This document shows, piece after piece, positions 26,065 through 35,475 of a stretch of DNA of 64,000 bases (positions are counted from its first letter, which is position 1; every line of letters starts with the position of its first letter). The notes under the pieces are model-generated. The model was not told where the DNA came from. It did not search any database and was given only the letters and a program-made list of their open reading frames with translations. Where the stretch lies: IMG/VR virus record IMGVR_UViG_3300045974_000513, positions 5,092 through 69,091 of that record; one strand, given 5' to 3'. A program made the position numbers and the translations under genes. Source of the stretch: a virus.

Positions 26065-29000
26065 GGGTCACCCCGTCCTTGGTCCGCCGAACCGACTCGA
26101 CGTAGTACGCCTGCCTGGAGTGCAGCACCAGTTCGGACTGCCCCGACGACGAGATCGGGAACGCGCGCACGCCCTCCAGACCAGCGATGTGGATCAGCGC
26201 GCCGCCCTTCGCGTGCAGCCCGGAGAACTCCGTCGCGATGTCCCGACTCATCGACACCGACTGCGGGCCGCCGACCCCCTTCAGCGTCGCCCCCGGCACC
26301 GCGCGCGCGAGGAAGTCCGCCTTGTCCTCGGGCGCGATGAACGACAAGCCCCGGAAGAGGACGGTGTCCTTCTTCAGCACCAGCCCCTTCTCCTTGATCA
26401 TCCGGTCGATCTCGCGCTCGGCCTTGGCCACCCCCGGCCCGCCGCCCGATGCGTAGACGTCCACCGTCTCGCGCACCTTCGCGCTGGCGAAGTTGGTGTT
26501 CACGTACTCCTCGCAGAGGGCGCGGTAGGCCGGGATGTTGTCGTCGAACATCCCGCCGTCCTCGTAGAAGCGGCGGTCGCGGCGCTCGGTCGGCCCTTCC
26601 TCGTCGTCCTCATCGACCGCCAGCGCGTCCTCGCGGTCGTAGCTGTTCGCCATGCTGCTGGCGTTGCGCGACTCCTCGCCGCGCCGGATGGTCCCGGTGC
26701 GCGCGGCCATCTCGTGCGCCGACGCTGCGGCATCGTGCGCGTTCACCGCACGGATCGACGTGTCCGTGGGGCTGGCGGAGTCGCGGATCTCGTCTGCCCG
26801 CGCGCGGTGGAAGGCCGCCGCCGCCTTGTGCTCGTCGGGCGAGATGGCGTTCTGGGCCGCCTGCTGCTGCGCGGCGAGGTCGGGCTTCACCTCGCGCGGC
26901 TTCGTCTCGGGCGCTTCGCCTCCGCCGTCCTGGGTGTACTGGTTCCCGCGAAAGGGATGCCCGTCGAAGTCGCCCTTCTCCACCTTCCCCCGGATGACGG
27001 CGGCGAGGCGCGCGACGTTCTTGGGCTCGGGCGGGATCACCGAATCGCGCCTTGCGATCTTGGGCACCAGCGGCACGATCTTGGGCCTGCTGCCCGCCTC
27101 CCAGGCACGCAGGAGTCCGTCCTTCGTGTGCGGCCCGTTCGCGTCGTAGTAGACGGGGCCGATCTGGACGACGACGTGCTGATAGACCCGGTACTCGGCC
27201 GTGTCCGGGTCGTCCGGGTGGACGCTGCCCACCATCATCAGCTTGCCACCGAAGGCGCGCTGGATGGCCTCCGCCGCAAGCCAGCATCCGCCCTGAGTGA
27301 AGCTGTTGAGGCCCACTCCCTCGTCGTGCAGGATCTGCTTCGCCTCGCGGCTCGCCAGCGCCAGCCGGATGGCCCGCTGATCTACTGCGCCCGGGGCCCC
27401 CCCCCCGCCCCCTTGCGTCCATTGGTTTCCCCGGAACGGGTGACCGTCGAGGTCGCCCTTGCGGACCTCGCCGCCGGACAGCCGCATCACGTCCCGGTAG
27501 AACCGCCGCCACACCGGCTTCGCCACCTTCACCAGCGGCTTGCCTCCCGCCACCGCCGCATTGATCTCGGCGATCGTCTCGTGCGCCGCCGTGAAGAACG
27601 CCCGCACCCGATCCTTCTCGGGGGCCTTCTCGTCCATGTCGGCGAGGATCTTCCAGTACGCGCGCGAGTAGGGCGTCACCCCGTCGGCCTTCGCCAGCGC
27701 CGCCGTCGCCTTCTCCGTGCTCCACTTCCCCTCGCGGTCGATCGCCTCTATGGCGGCCTCGAACCGCGCGTGCCCGACCTCGTGCGCCAGGATCCCGGGC
27801 AACTCGTCCGGGCTGCTGATCGCCATCGGGTAGAGGGTGACCTCGCCGGTCTGGACGTTGAAGTCGCCCGCCCGGTTGAACTGCTTTCCGTCCACGTCGA
27901 TCGAGCCCGCGACGACGTCGGTGGACACCTTCACACGCTTCGGATCGAACCCCAGGCTGGCGCAGATCTGCTTCGCCATCCCCTTCGTGACGAGGACGCG
28001 GTTGGCCTTCTCCGCCAGCGCCGACGCGCTGTCTGCCTCGTCGAACGAGTCCAGCACGCTGGCGATGCCCGCGCTGTACTGGTTTCCCCGAAATGGGTGC
28101 CCGGGGAGGTCGCCCTTCGCCGTCTCGTACTCCCGGTACCTCTCGAATTCGGCCCACGCCAGCGTGGCGTCGCGGCGCGAATAGAATTTGTCGTCGCCCC
28201 CCAGGTAACCCATGTCCCATTGCTGCTCGGGCGGCTCGCTTCGCGGCGGGTCGCCGACGTCCACGATCACGGCGCGATTGGGCAGCGCCGAGACGTGGTG
28301 CTCGACGCCGCTGAACACCACTTGGCCCGTCGCCCGGTTCTTGAACGCCGCCCCCCTCATCGGACCCTTGCGCGCGATCTCGCTGTCGGACCACGGCGGG
28401 TAGAGGACGCCGCCGTCGCCGCGCTGGTATCGCTTCCCGTCGACCTCGACCTCGGCGCTGCCGCCCGCACCCGAGGTGTACTGGTTCCCCCGGAACGGAT
28501 GACCGACCGCATCGCCCTTGGTGAACCCGGGCTTGTCCATCAGCGCCAGCGCGCGCGCACCAGCCACCCGCGCGTGAAGGCGGTTCGCTGCCACCGACGC
28601 AGCCCTCGCGCGTGCCGACTTCCCCTTGGCCGGGGCCCGGGGCGGCGCGTTGGCGGCCGACTCGTGCGCCAGCCGCGCCTCGAAATGCGCGAGCCCCACC
28701 GCGCCGTGCCATCTGCTGTTCTCGGCGTGGAAGCGCGCGGCGTTCCGGTGGGCCTCGGGCGTCGCGGCGTTCTCTGCCGCTGCGGAGTCCCGCGCGAACC
28801 GGGCCTCCGCCTCGGCGTCGTGCGGGCCGATGCTCTGCTCGATGCGCGCCTCCTCGCCCGCGCGCGCGTCCAGTTCTCCCTCGGGGACGTGCGGCTGGTG
28901 GCCCCCAGCGTGCGACGGCGTCCCGACCGTCGCAGCGGTGACGGCAGCGACGACGGAGGTGAACTGGTTGCCTCGGAACGGGTGCCCTTCAAAGTCCCCC

Positions 29001-31825
29001 TTCCTGAACTCGCCCTTCTTCGACACGGACGCCTTGTGTAGCGTGTCGCGGACCTTCTTCCAGGCGGCGGGCATCTCCCGCTTCTCGCCCTTCAGCTTCA
29101 TCGCCTGGATGCCTGCGTACTCCGCCAGCGTCTCGATGGCCGCCAGTTGCAGCCGCTGCCCGTGGGCCTTCTCGCCGCTACCCGCCGCCTCGGCGGCCCA
29201 GTCCCAGATGCCCGCCGCGTAGGCGGTCGGCCGACTGCCCTTCGCGTCGCGGAGCTTCTCCAGCGCAGCGAGGTTGCCGATGGTGTCGAAGAAGATCCTG
29301 GGCTGCCGCCGGTACGCCTCGTAGACGCGCGCGTGGTTGACCTCGTGCGCGATGGTCCCCTCGGCCGTGCCCGTCGAGCCGAAGATGATCGCGCGCCCGA
29401 CGCCGTCGAGTTGGAGGGGGTGGATGGTGATCTCTCGCGTCGCCGGGTCGTAGCCGCCCACGCGCGCCGCGCGGTCGCCGTTCTTGAGGCGGCCGAACGA
29501 CGCCCTCGTGGAGATCGCGATCCGGCCGGTGTACCCCTCTTCCTTTGCGATCCGGGCGGCGGCGTCCTTCGCCTCCTTGACGATGCGGGCGTCGCGCAGC
29601 GCAGGGGACTCCTCCTTCTCCTTGGGCTTCCCCGGCCCCTCTGGCGTCCAGTCGTCGCCGAAGGCCGCCTCGTCGTTCTCCTTCCGGTTGCGTTCCTGCT
29701 CCTTCGCGGTCAGCCGTCGCGCGGCATCTACCGGCCCGTCGCCTACCCCCACGGTGAACTGGTTTCCTCGGAAGGGATGCCCCTCGAAATCGCCCTTCTT
29801 GATCCGCGCGCCGACGCGGTTCGGCCGTTCGTCGAGCACCCACGCTGGCACGTACATCACGCCCTGCTGCCGCCAGTAGGTCGTGCGGTGATTCCCGTCG
29901 ATCAGGGAAAGCTGCCCGTGCGGCAGCACGCGCACCTTCGCGGGAGGGAAGACCGCGCGCATGGAGTAGTCCTCCTGCCACGGACCATCCACCGGCTCGT
30001 CCCCCAGCATCTCGTGCAGATCCTCGATCGGGATCCAGGCGCGGTACACCTCGGTCGGCCACCCCTTCGTGCCGTAGTCGCGGAGGATCGACTCCTCGTC
30101 GACCCCGCCGGTCTCCGCCGTGTCCATCAGATCCACGTCCCGCCAGTCGACCTTGACCTGCACCCTCGTGCGCGGCGGCTGTTCGAGGCCGGTCCGGTCG
30201 CCCCAGGAGTCCTCGTCGTCGTCCCCCCCGGCCCCTTCGCCGTCGGTGTATTGGTTTCCTCTGAACTCGTGGCCCGGGAGATCGCCTTTGCCCAGGCCAT
30301 CCAGCAGCGCGGGTTCGAGGACGGCGATGGGCTCGTAGACCACCGTCGTCTCGGCCGCGCTCCAGTCCACCAGCCGCAGCGCGACCGTGGCGCGCGCACG
30401 GCCCGCACCGGAGTAGCGGGACGCCGTTCGGATCGAGGTCGAGGCGTTGCGGACCGGAACCCTGGCGCGTACCTCGCCAGCCCTGCCCCGGCAGGACGCC
30501 GTTCGGATCGACGTCGCTGCGTTGCGCCAAGCGTCGGGGTCTGGGACGGGCTGGCGCAGCGGGATCACCACCGACCCGCCAGCGCGCCAGGAGGTAACGG
30601 CCTGCGATGATGCGCCGACCGGATTGGCCGCCGTCGCTGCCGTCGCGGTGGGGCAACTCGTAGCGACCGAGGTCGGGACGATTCCCCTGACGGGGTTCGC
30701 CACCGTGGACGCCGACGCCGCAGGGGCCGAGGTCGTGGCCCCGCCCTTCGCGGTGATGGCCCGCGCCGTCGTCGTGGCCGTCGCGGTCGGTGCGAACACC
30801 GCCCTGCTGGCCGTCCCGGTCGCCGCGCTGGCCCGCGCCACGGTGGTCGCCTGGACCCGTGGTGCAGAGGTGGACGCGCCGCCGCGCGCGGAGATGGACC
30901 GGGCCGTGGAAGTGGCCTGCGCCTGCGTCTCGACCTCGCCCTCCGCGCCGCCCGCCGCCGACACCAGCCGGGCGGTGGACGTGGCCTGGGCCCGAGGGGC
31001 GCTGGCGGATGCGTTCCGCGTCGCCGCTGCGGTGATCGCCCTGGCCGTGGACGTGGCCTGCGCCCGTGGCGCGGACGTCGCCGCCGTCGAGGCCCCGCCC
31101 GCTGAGACCGCCCGCGCGGTCGAGGTCGCCTGGGCACGGGGCGCGGAGGTCGTGGCAGCACCGGCCGCCGAGACCGTCCGCACGGTGGGCGTGGCCTGCG
31201 CGCGCGGCGCGGCGGTCGTCGCCCCACCGGCAGCACCCACCACCCTCGCGGTGGATGTCGCCTGGGCACGAGCGGCCGCTGAAGTCGCCCCACCGGCCGC
31301 GCCGGATGCCCGTGCCGTGCTCGTCGCCTGGGCGCGCGGGACGGACGTGGAGGCGTTCGCACGGGCGGACACCGCGCGCGCGGTCGACGTTGCCTGCGCG
31401 CGAGGCGCGGAGGTCGACGCGTCCGTGTGTGCTGAAACCGTCCTGGCTGTGGACGTCGCCTGCGCGCGGGGGGCGGACGTCGAGGCGCTGACCGAACCAG
31501 CGCCCGCGACGGGCCGGGCAGTACCCGTCGCCTGGGCCTGGGGCGCGGACGTCGAAGCGTTGACCGCAGCCGCCGAGGCAGCGCCCGTGACGGCGCGCGC
31601 CGTGCTGGTCGCCTGCGCGCGCGCGACAGAGGTCGACGCGCTCCGCGTGGCCGATGCGGCGATGGCCCGCGCGGTGCTCGTCGCCTGCGCCTGGGGCGCG
31701 GAGGTGCTCGCCCCTCCGGTCGCCACCGCGCCGAGGACGGCGTCCGAGATGACCAGCGCCGGGGCGTCGGGCCCCGCAGCCTGGGTCGGACCCCACCGTC
31801 CTCGGAAGACCTCCAGCCAGCGCAT
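26036..31825 (-). CDS. Ala/Thr/Ser-repeat fibre-like protein fused to seven motif-tagged cargo units (1929 aa)
   Basis: About 16 AQATSTAR repeats, then ParB-like (LIDGNHR), zincin (HEVNH), His/Ala module, small domain, zincin (HEVGH), papain-like (GGC...QHVVV...YYDANG), and His module + R-S-E ART (LFRG...QSVS...QSE). Confidence 0.85.
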   Translation of the reverse strand: MRWLEVFRGRWGPTQAAGPDAPALVISDAVLGAVATGGASTSAPQAQATSTARAIAASATRSASTSVARAQATSTARAVTGAASAAAVNASTSAPQAQATGTARPVAGAGSVSASTSAPRAQATSTARTVSAHTDASTSAPRAQATSTARAVSARANASTSVPRAQATSTARASGAAGGATSAAARAQATSTARVVGAAGGATTAAPRAQATPTVRTVSAAGAATTSAPRAQATSTARAVSAGGASTAATSAPRAQATSTARAITAAATRNASASAPRAQATSTARLVSAAGGAEGEVETQAQATSTARSISARGGASTSAPRVQATTVARASAATGTASRAVFAPTATATTTARAITAKGGATTSAPAASASTVANPVRGIVPTSVATSCPTATAATAANPVGASSQAVTSWRAGGSVVIPLRQPVPDPDAWRNAATSIRTASCRGRAGEVRARVPVRNASTSIRTASRYSGAGRARATVALRLVDWSAAETTVVYEPIAVLEPALLDGLGKGDLPGHEFRGNQYTDGEGAGGDDDEDSWGDRTGLEQPPRTRVQVKVDWRDVDLMDTAETGGVDEESILRDYGTKGWPTEVYRAWIPIEDLHEMLGDEPVDGPWQEDYSMRAVFPPAKVRVLPHGQLSLIDGNHRTTYWRQQGVMYVPAWVLDERPNRVGARIKKGDFEGHPFRGNQFTVGVGDGPVDAARRLTAKEQERNRKENDEAAFGDDWTPEGPGKPKEKEESPALRDARIVKEAKDAAARIAKEEGYTGRIAISTRASFGRLKNGDRAARVGGYDPATREITIHPLQLDGVGRAIIFGSTGTAEGTIAHEVNHARVYEAYRRQPRIFFDTIGNLAALEKLRDAKGSRPTAYAAGIWDWAAEAAGSGEKAHGQRLQLAAIETLAEYAGIQAMKLKGEKREMPAAWKKVRDTLHKASVSKKGEFRKGDFEGHPFRGNQFTSVVAAVTAATVGTPSHAGGHQPHVPEGELDARAGEEARIEQSIGPHDAEAEARFARDSAAAENAATPEAHRNAARFHAENSRWHGAVGLAHFEARLAHESAANAPPRAPAKGKSARARAASVAANRLHARVAGARALALMDKPGFTKGDAVGHPFRGNQYTSGAGGSAEVEVDGKRYQRGDGGVLYPPWSDSEIARKGPMRGAAFKNRATGQVVFSGVEHHVSALPNRAVIVDVGDPPRSEPPEQQWDMGYLGGDDKFYSRRDATLAWAEFERYREYETAKGDLPGHPFRGNQYSAGIASVLDSFDEADSASALAEKANRVLVTKGMAKQICASLGFDPKRVKVSTDVVAGSIDVDGKQFNRAGDFNVQTGEVTLYPMAISSPDELPGILAHEVGHARFEAAIEAIDREGKWSTEKATAALAKADGVTPYSRAYWKILADMDEKAPEKDRVRAFFTAAHETIAEINAAVAGGKPLVKVAKPVWRRFYRDVMRLSGGEVRKGDLDGHPFRGNQWTQGGGGGAPGAVDQRAIRLALASREAKQILHDEGVGLNSFTQGGCWLAAEAIQRAFGGKLMMVGSVHPDDPDTAEYRVYQHVVVQIGPVYYDANGPHTKDGLLRAWEAGSRPKIVPLVPKIARRDSVIPPEPKNVARLAAVIRGKVEKGDFDGHPFRGNQYTQDGGGEAPETKPREVKPDLAAQQQAAQNAISPDEHKAAAAFHRARADEIRDSASPTDTSIRAVNAHDAAASAHEMAARTGTIRRGEESRNASSMANSYDREDALAVDEDDEEGPTERRDRRFYEDGGMFDDNIPAYRALCEEYVNTNFASAKVRETVDVYASGGGPGVAKAEREIDRMIKEKGLVLKKDTVLFRGLSFIAPEDKADFLARAVPGATLKGVGGPQSVSMSRDIATEFSGLHAKGGALIHIAGLEGVRAFPISSSGQSELVLHSRQAYYVESVRRTKDGVTHVFTRAIKE
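30590..31720 (-). repeat. About 16 tandem 21-27-aa STSAPRAQATSTAR repeats
   Basis: Visible in the translation and in the DNA (gtcgcctg[gc]gc recurring every ~65-80 nt). Confidence 0.9.
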
Positions 31826-31827
31826 GG

Positions 31828-32652
31828 TTACCCGTTGATGATCTGGCAGTCGCCGACGATGGTCCCGAGGGCCGTGCCCGTGGCGAGGGACATGAGGCAG
31901 AGGCAGGAGTCAGCGAAGACAAGCTGACCCCCGAGGGCGAAGAAGTCCTGCGTCGCCGCGCCGAGGTTGGCGACCATGATCGGCATCGTGGCGATCTTGC
32001 GCACGACGACGACGTTGATGGACCCGGTCGCCGCCGCCGTGCCGCCCACGATGAAGGAGTTGATGCGCTGGACTCCGCTCCCGTTCGCCATGCCAAGCTG
32101 GATCATGCGCTTGGTGGGGTAGCCCGAGAGCGATGCGGTGACGGTGGTGGTCTGCGCCGCGCCGCCCGCTGCCGTACCGTCTTGGTAGCCGACTTGGATC
32201 GTGACCGCCGACGCGGCGATGGCGGTGTTGATCTCCAGCCAGATCTCGCACCCGCCGAAGTCGGTCCCGTCCTGCACGCGCCCGGAGAAGGATGGCTGCG
32301 AGGAGAGGGTGGTCGTGCCCGTGGGGGTGGTCGCGTATGACCCGGAGTGGAAGATCCGGTCGTAGAGCACCAGGGTCTGGGTGGCGGTCGCGGAGGCGCG
32401 GATCGCCGCGAGGTATCCGGTGTTCGCCCCGGTGAAGGGGTTGATGATCGCCGCCCCTGCCGTGTTGTCGGTGGGCACCACGCCGTTCGCGGTGTTGCCG
32501 ATGGTGAGAGTTCCAGCCGCCGGGTTTCCTGCCTCGGCAAAGAGGCTGTACCAGAAGGCGGCGACGGAGGTGAGAGCCGACGCCTTCTGTAGCACCATGT
32601 CCTGGCTGGCGGCCACGGCGGCGGCCAGCCCGTCCATCGTCGTGATCGCCAT
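31828..32652 (-). CDS. Putative virion structural protein (274 aa, beta-rich)
   Basis: MAITTMDGL...FWYSLF...LVLYDRIFHSG; Ala/Thr/Gly-rich composition; coupled to the 154-aa gene. Confidence 0.6.
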   Translation of the reverse strand: MAITTMDGLAAAVAASQDMVLQKASALTSVAAFWYSLFAEAGNPAAGTLTIGNTANGVVPTDNTAGAAIINPFTGANTGYLAAIRASATATQTLVLYDRIFHSGSYATTPTGTTTLSSQPSFSGRVQDGTDFGGCEIWLEINTAIAASAVTIQVGYQDGTAAGGAAQTTTVTASLSGYPTKRMIQLGMANGSGVQRINSFIVGGTAAATGSINVVVVRKIATMPIMVANLGAATQDFFALGGQLVFADSCLCLMSLATGTALGTIVGDCQIING

Positions 32653-32655
32653 GGC

Positions 32656-33120
32656 CTAGAGGATCTCGATGACGCCGGACCCGGACGTCGGGATCGTGCA
32701 GTCGAAGGTGCCAGCCGTTGCGACGATGGGGGCCCCGGCGAACGCGCCGACGTAGATCACCGGCTTGCCCGCGACGCTGTCGTTGTAGATCACGCAGCCG
32801 TCTGCGCTGCCGGTGAAGCCCGTGATCTGCGCCATGTTGGCGAAGTCGAGGTAGCCGGTGTCGGTGGCCAGGGCCACGGTCCTGCCGGTGAGGGTGACGC
32901 CCCCTGCCACGTAGGTGCCGCTCGCCGCGCACTCGTCGGTCCCGAGGTTGGCTACGGTGGGAGCGCCGGTCCCGGGCGTGCCCGCGCCGGTCGTCGCCTT
33001 GCCGTACGTCCCGGCGTGCCCGGTCTTGATCAGCGCGAGCTTGTAGGTGTGCGCCGCCGTGTGGACGCCGTTGAGGAAGTCGAGCTTCGCCTGATTGCAG
33101 AACGCCGTCGTGACAGCCAT
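32656..33120 (-). CDS. Putative virion structural (fibre/whisker-associated) protein (154 aa)
   Basis: AFCNQAKLDFLNGVH...YKLAL...Y.AGG.TL...LDFA...GCVIYND...GTF pattern; AGGAG RBS. Confidence 0.6.
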   Translation of the reverse strand: MAVTTAFCNQAKLDFLNGVHTAAHTYKLALIKTGHAGTYGKATTGAGTPGTGAPTVANLGTDECAASGTYVAGGVTLTGRTVALATDTGYLDFANMAQITGFTGSADGCVIYNDSVAGKPVIYVGAFAGAPIVATAGTFDCTIPTSGSGVIEIL

Positions 33121-33123
33121 TGG

Positions 33124-35475
33124 CTACTCCTTCTTGAAATGGACGGTGGCCCTTCCGCCGCCGTCCGTTGGGTTGTTGGGTGCGTCGAGGTCGCCCTTGT
33201 TCAGCGTGATCGGCTTGCCCTGCACCATGAAGGTCGCGGGCTTGCCCATGTGATCGAGGACGGAGGCGGGCGACCACTCACCGTTCCTCGCCTCGGCCCC
33301 ACCGAAGTACCGGAGGTCGACGGGGATGGTCTTCAGGCCCGCGCGCCGCGCCGCACGCACGCGGTGGTTGCCCTCCGCGATCTTCGTGGTCCCGTCCGCC
33401 TCGACCCAGACCATGATCGGGTTCTTCGCGTCGTACCCCTTCTCGCGGATCGAGGCCTCCAGCGCGGCGAGGCGCACCTCTTCGTCCGGGCTGGGCTTCG
33501 CCAGCATGACGTGCTCGTCGTTGTGGCCGGGCAGCAGGATCACCTTGCTGATGGGGAGGTCGACGCGGTCGAAGGCGGCGGTCGCGGTCGACGGATTCGC
33601 CCGGACCCAGGACTGCCCGCGAGGCCCGCCCTCGTGGTCGAGGCTGCCGGGATCGACCGGGTTGTCGCGCCAGAACCCGGCGGCGGAGAGGGCGTCCTCG
33701 TTGAGGCGCAACTCCTTCTCGCCGGTCATCGACGCGCCACCCTCGGTGTACCGATCACCATCGGGCGACGTCCATTGGTTCCCCCGGAAGGGATGGCCCA
33801 GGAAGTCGCCCTTCTTGACCGGGATCGGGACCGCCTTCCAGTCGTGGCGGAAGGTGACCAGCATCTTGTCGGGGTCGCGGTGCTGGTGCGTCGCGGTGGC
33901 CTCGTGGGCTTCCACGATCCACTCGGGCTTGATGTCCTCCTCCAGCGTCCGGTGAAGCTCTGGGTCCAACTCGGAGTCGCTGTCCAGGCGCGCGGCGACG
34001 TCGCCCGGGAGGCGGACGGTCAGCACGATCGGCACCTCCGCGTCGTTCACGTCCGCAGACCGCGCCCAGGAGTAGGCCTCGTCCTTGTCGGTCGCAACGT
34101 AGACCGCCCTAGCGCGCCGCCCCTGCGTGACCTCGGGGAAGTTGCGACGGCTCTTCGCGCCAGCGACGGTGATCCCCTCGGTGGCGATGCTGGGGAGGTG
34201 CCGCATGAAGGTGCCGTGGTAGACGGTGACCCCTTCCGCGTGCTGGTTGCCTCTGAACGGATGCCCGGGGAGATCGCCCTTGTGCATCGCCGGGTCGCGC
34301 ACCACGCTGATGTCCTCGGCCGCGATCTTGTCGGCCGTGAACATCGCCTCGCCCCACGGCATGTCCCGCGTCCCGACATCGTCCACCGCGAAGTCCTCCC
34401 GCGCCCACGCCTCCGGGTCGATGCGGAGGACAACGACGGGCGGCGGGTCATCGTGCTGGTCGGCTGCGTGAGCCTCGACGCGCTGCCGCCAGAACTCGAC
34501 GCCCGCCCGGTCGGTCGTGAAGACGCGCCCCTTGCTGTGGGACTCGTACACTCCGCCGCGCCCAGCCGTGGAGGCTGCACCGGGGACGAGCCCATGCGCC
34601 GCGATCTCCTCCAGCCGGTCGGCCGTCGTGACGTGGTAGACGGCCGGGTCGCTGTCCTCGTCCTCGGGGAGATCGACGCGCGGCAGGCCATCGTCCTCGC
34701 CCCAGGTGCGCGGCCCCTCGTCCCCCTCGCCTTCGCCGTCCTCCGCCTCGCCTTCACCATCGGTCCATTGGTTGCCCCGGAACTCGTGGCCGGGGAGATC
34801 GCCCTTGCGGATCCGCCTGGGCAGCGGCGGCCCGTGCCAGCGCCGGTACAGGGCCATCACGCCGGGGCCGTGCCTCTTGCCGGACAGGTGCTGCGCGAAC
34901 ACCTCTGCGACGAATTCGCCCGGGGCCGTCGCGGCGTACCCACTCACCCTCCGCGCCACCTTCTCCTCGGCGGGCTTGAACTCCTCCGCCTCCTCAACCC
35001 GGAACCGCTGCGCGTTGGTCATGCTGCTGACGTGCGCGGCGTGGCCCAACTCGTGAAACACGGTCTCGGCGTCCACGGAGTTGGGATTGTCGGAGAAGAT
35101 CAGCGTCGGGAGGTGCCCCCCGGCATCCCAGGAGGACTCCATCTCGCCTGCGGAGCCGCGCTGCATCCGGCCCCCGATGCGGACCTTGACCGGCATGGGG
35201 ACGCCCATCGCGCGCGCCCGGTTCAGCGCCTCCTCGACGACCCCAGCCACGATCTTCGCGTCCGCCTGCTCCTCGCGCCCACCCTTCGTGCGGATCACGA
35301 TCGGGACAGCGGGGCCGTCGCCCTTGCCCTCGGACCATTGGTTCCCGCGAAAGGGGTGCCCGTCCACGTCCCCCTTCCCGATCACCTCGACCGGAGTCTG
35401 CTTCGACTCGTGCAGCCACGCCTCGTCCACGACGGGCGACTGCTTCGACTCGACGAGGAAGGCCTCGCGGTTCAC
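33124..35475 (-). CDS. Cargo polyprotein: zincin + two Tpt1/DarT-like ARTs + ParB/Srx-like domain (783 aa)
   Basis: HELGH...SGYA...EFVAEVF; YHVT...IAAHGL; YHGT...SIATEGI..VYVAT; SIREKGYD..PI.V..IAEGNHRV. Four KGD motifs. Start reassigned to GTG 35475 (GTGA overlap). Confidence 0.85.
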   Translation of the reverse strand: MNREAFLVESKQSPVVDEAWLHESKQTPVEVIGKGDVDGHPFRGNQWSEGKGDGPAVPIVIRTKGGREEQADAKIVAGVVEEALNRARAMGVPMPVKVRIGGRMQRGSAGEMESSWDAGGHLPTLIFSDNPNSVDAETVFHELGHAAHVSSMTNAQRFRVEEAEEFKPAEEKVARRVSGYAATAPGEFVAEVFAQHLSGKRHGPGVMALYRRWHGPPLPRRIRKGDLPGHEFRGNQWTDGEGEAEDGEGEGDEGPRTWGEDDGLPRVDLPEDEDSDPAVYHVTTADRLEEIAAHGLVPGAASTAGRGGVYESHSKGRVFTTDRAGVEFWRQRVEAHAADQHDDPPPVVVLRIDPEAWAREDFAVDDVGTRDMPWGEAMFTADKIAAEDISVVRDPAMHKGDLPGHPFRGNQHAEGVTVYHGTFMRHLPSIATEGITVAGAKSRRNFPEVTQGRRARAVYVATDKDEAYSWARSADVNDAEVPIVLTVRLPGDVAARLDSDSELDPELHRTLEEDIKPEWIVEAHEATATHQHRDPDKMLVTFRHDWKAVPIPVKKGDFLGHPFRGNQWTSPDGDRYTEGGASMTGEKELRLNEDALSAAGFWRDNPVDPGSLDHEGGPRGQSWVRANPSTATAAFDRVDLPISKVILLPGHNDEHVMLAKPSPDEEVRLAALEASIREKGYDAKNPIMVWVEADGTTKIAEGNHRVRAARRAGLKTIPVDLRYFGGAEARNGEWSPASVLDHMGKPATFMVQGKPITLNKGDLDAPNNPTDGGGRATVHFKKE

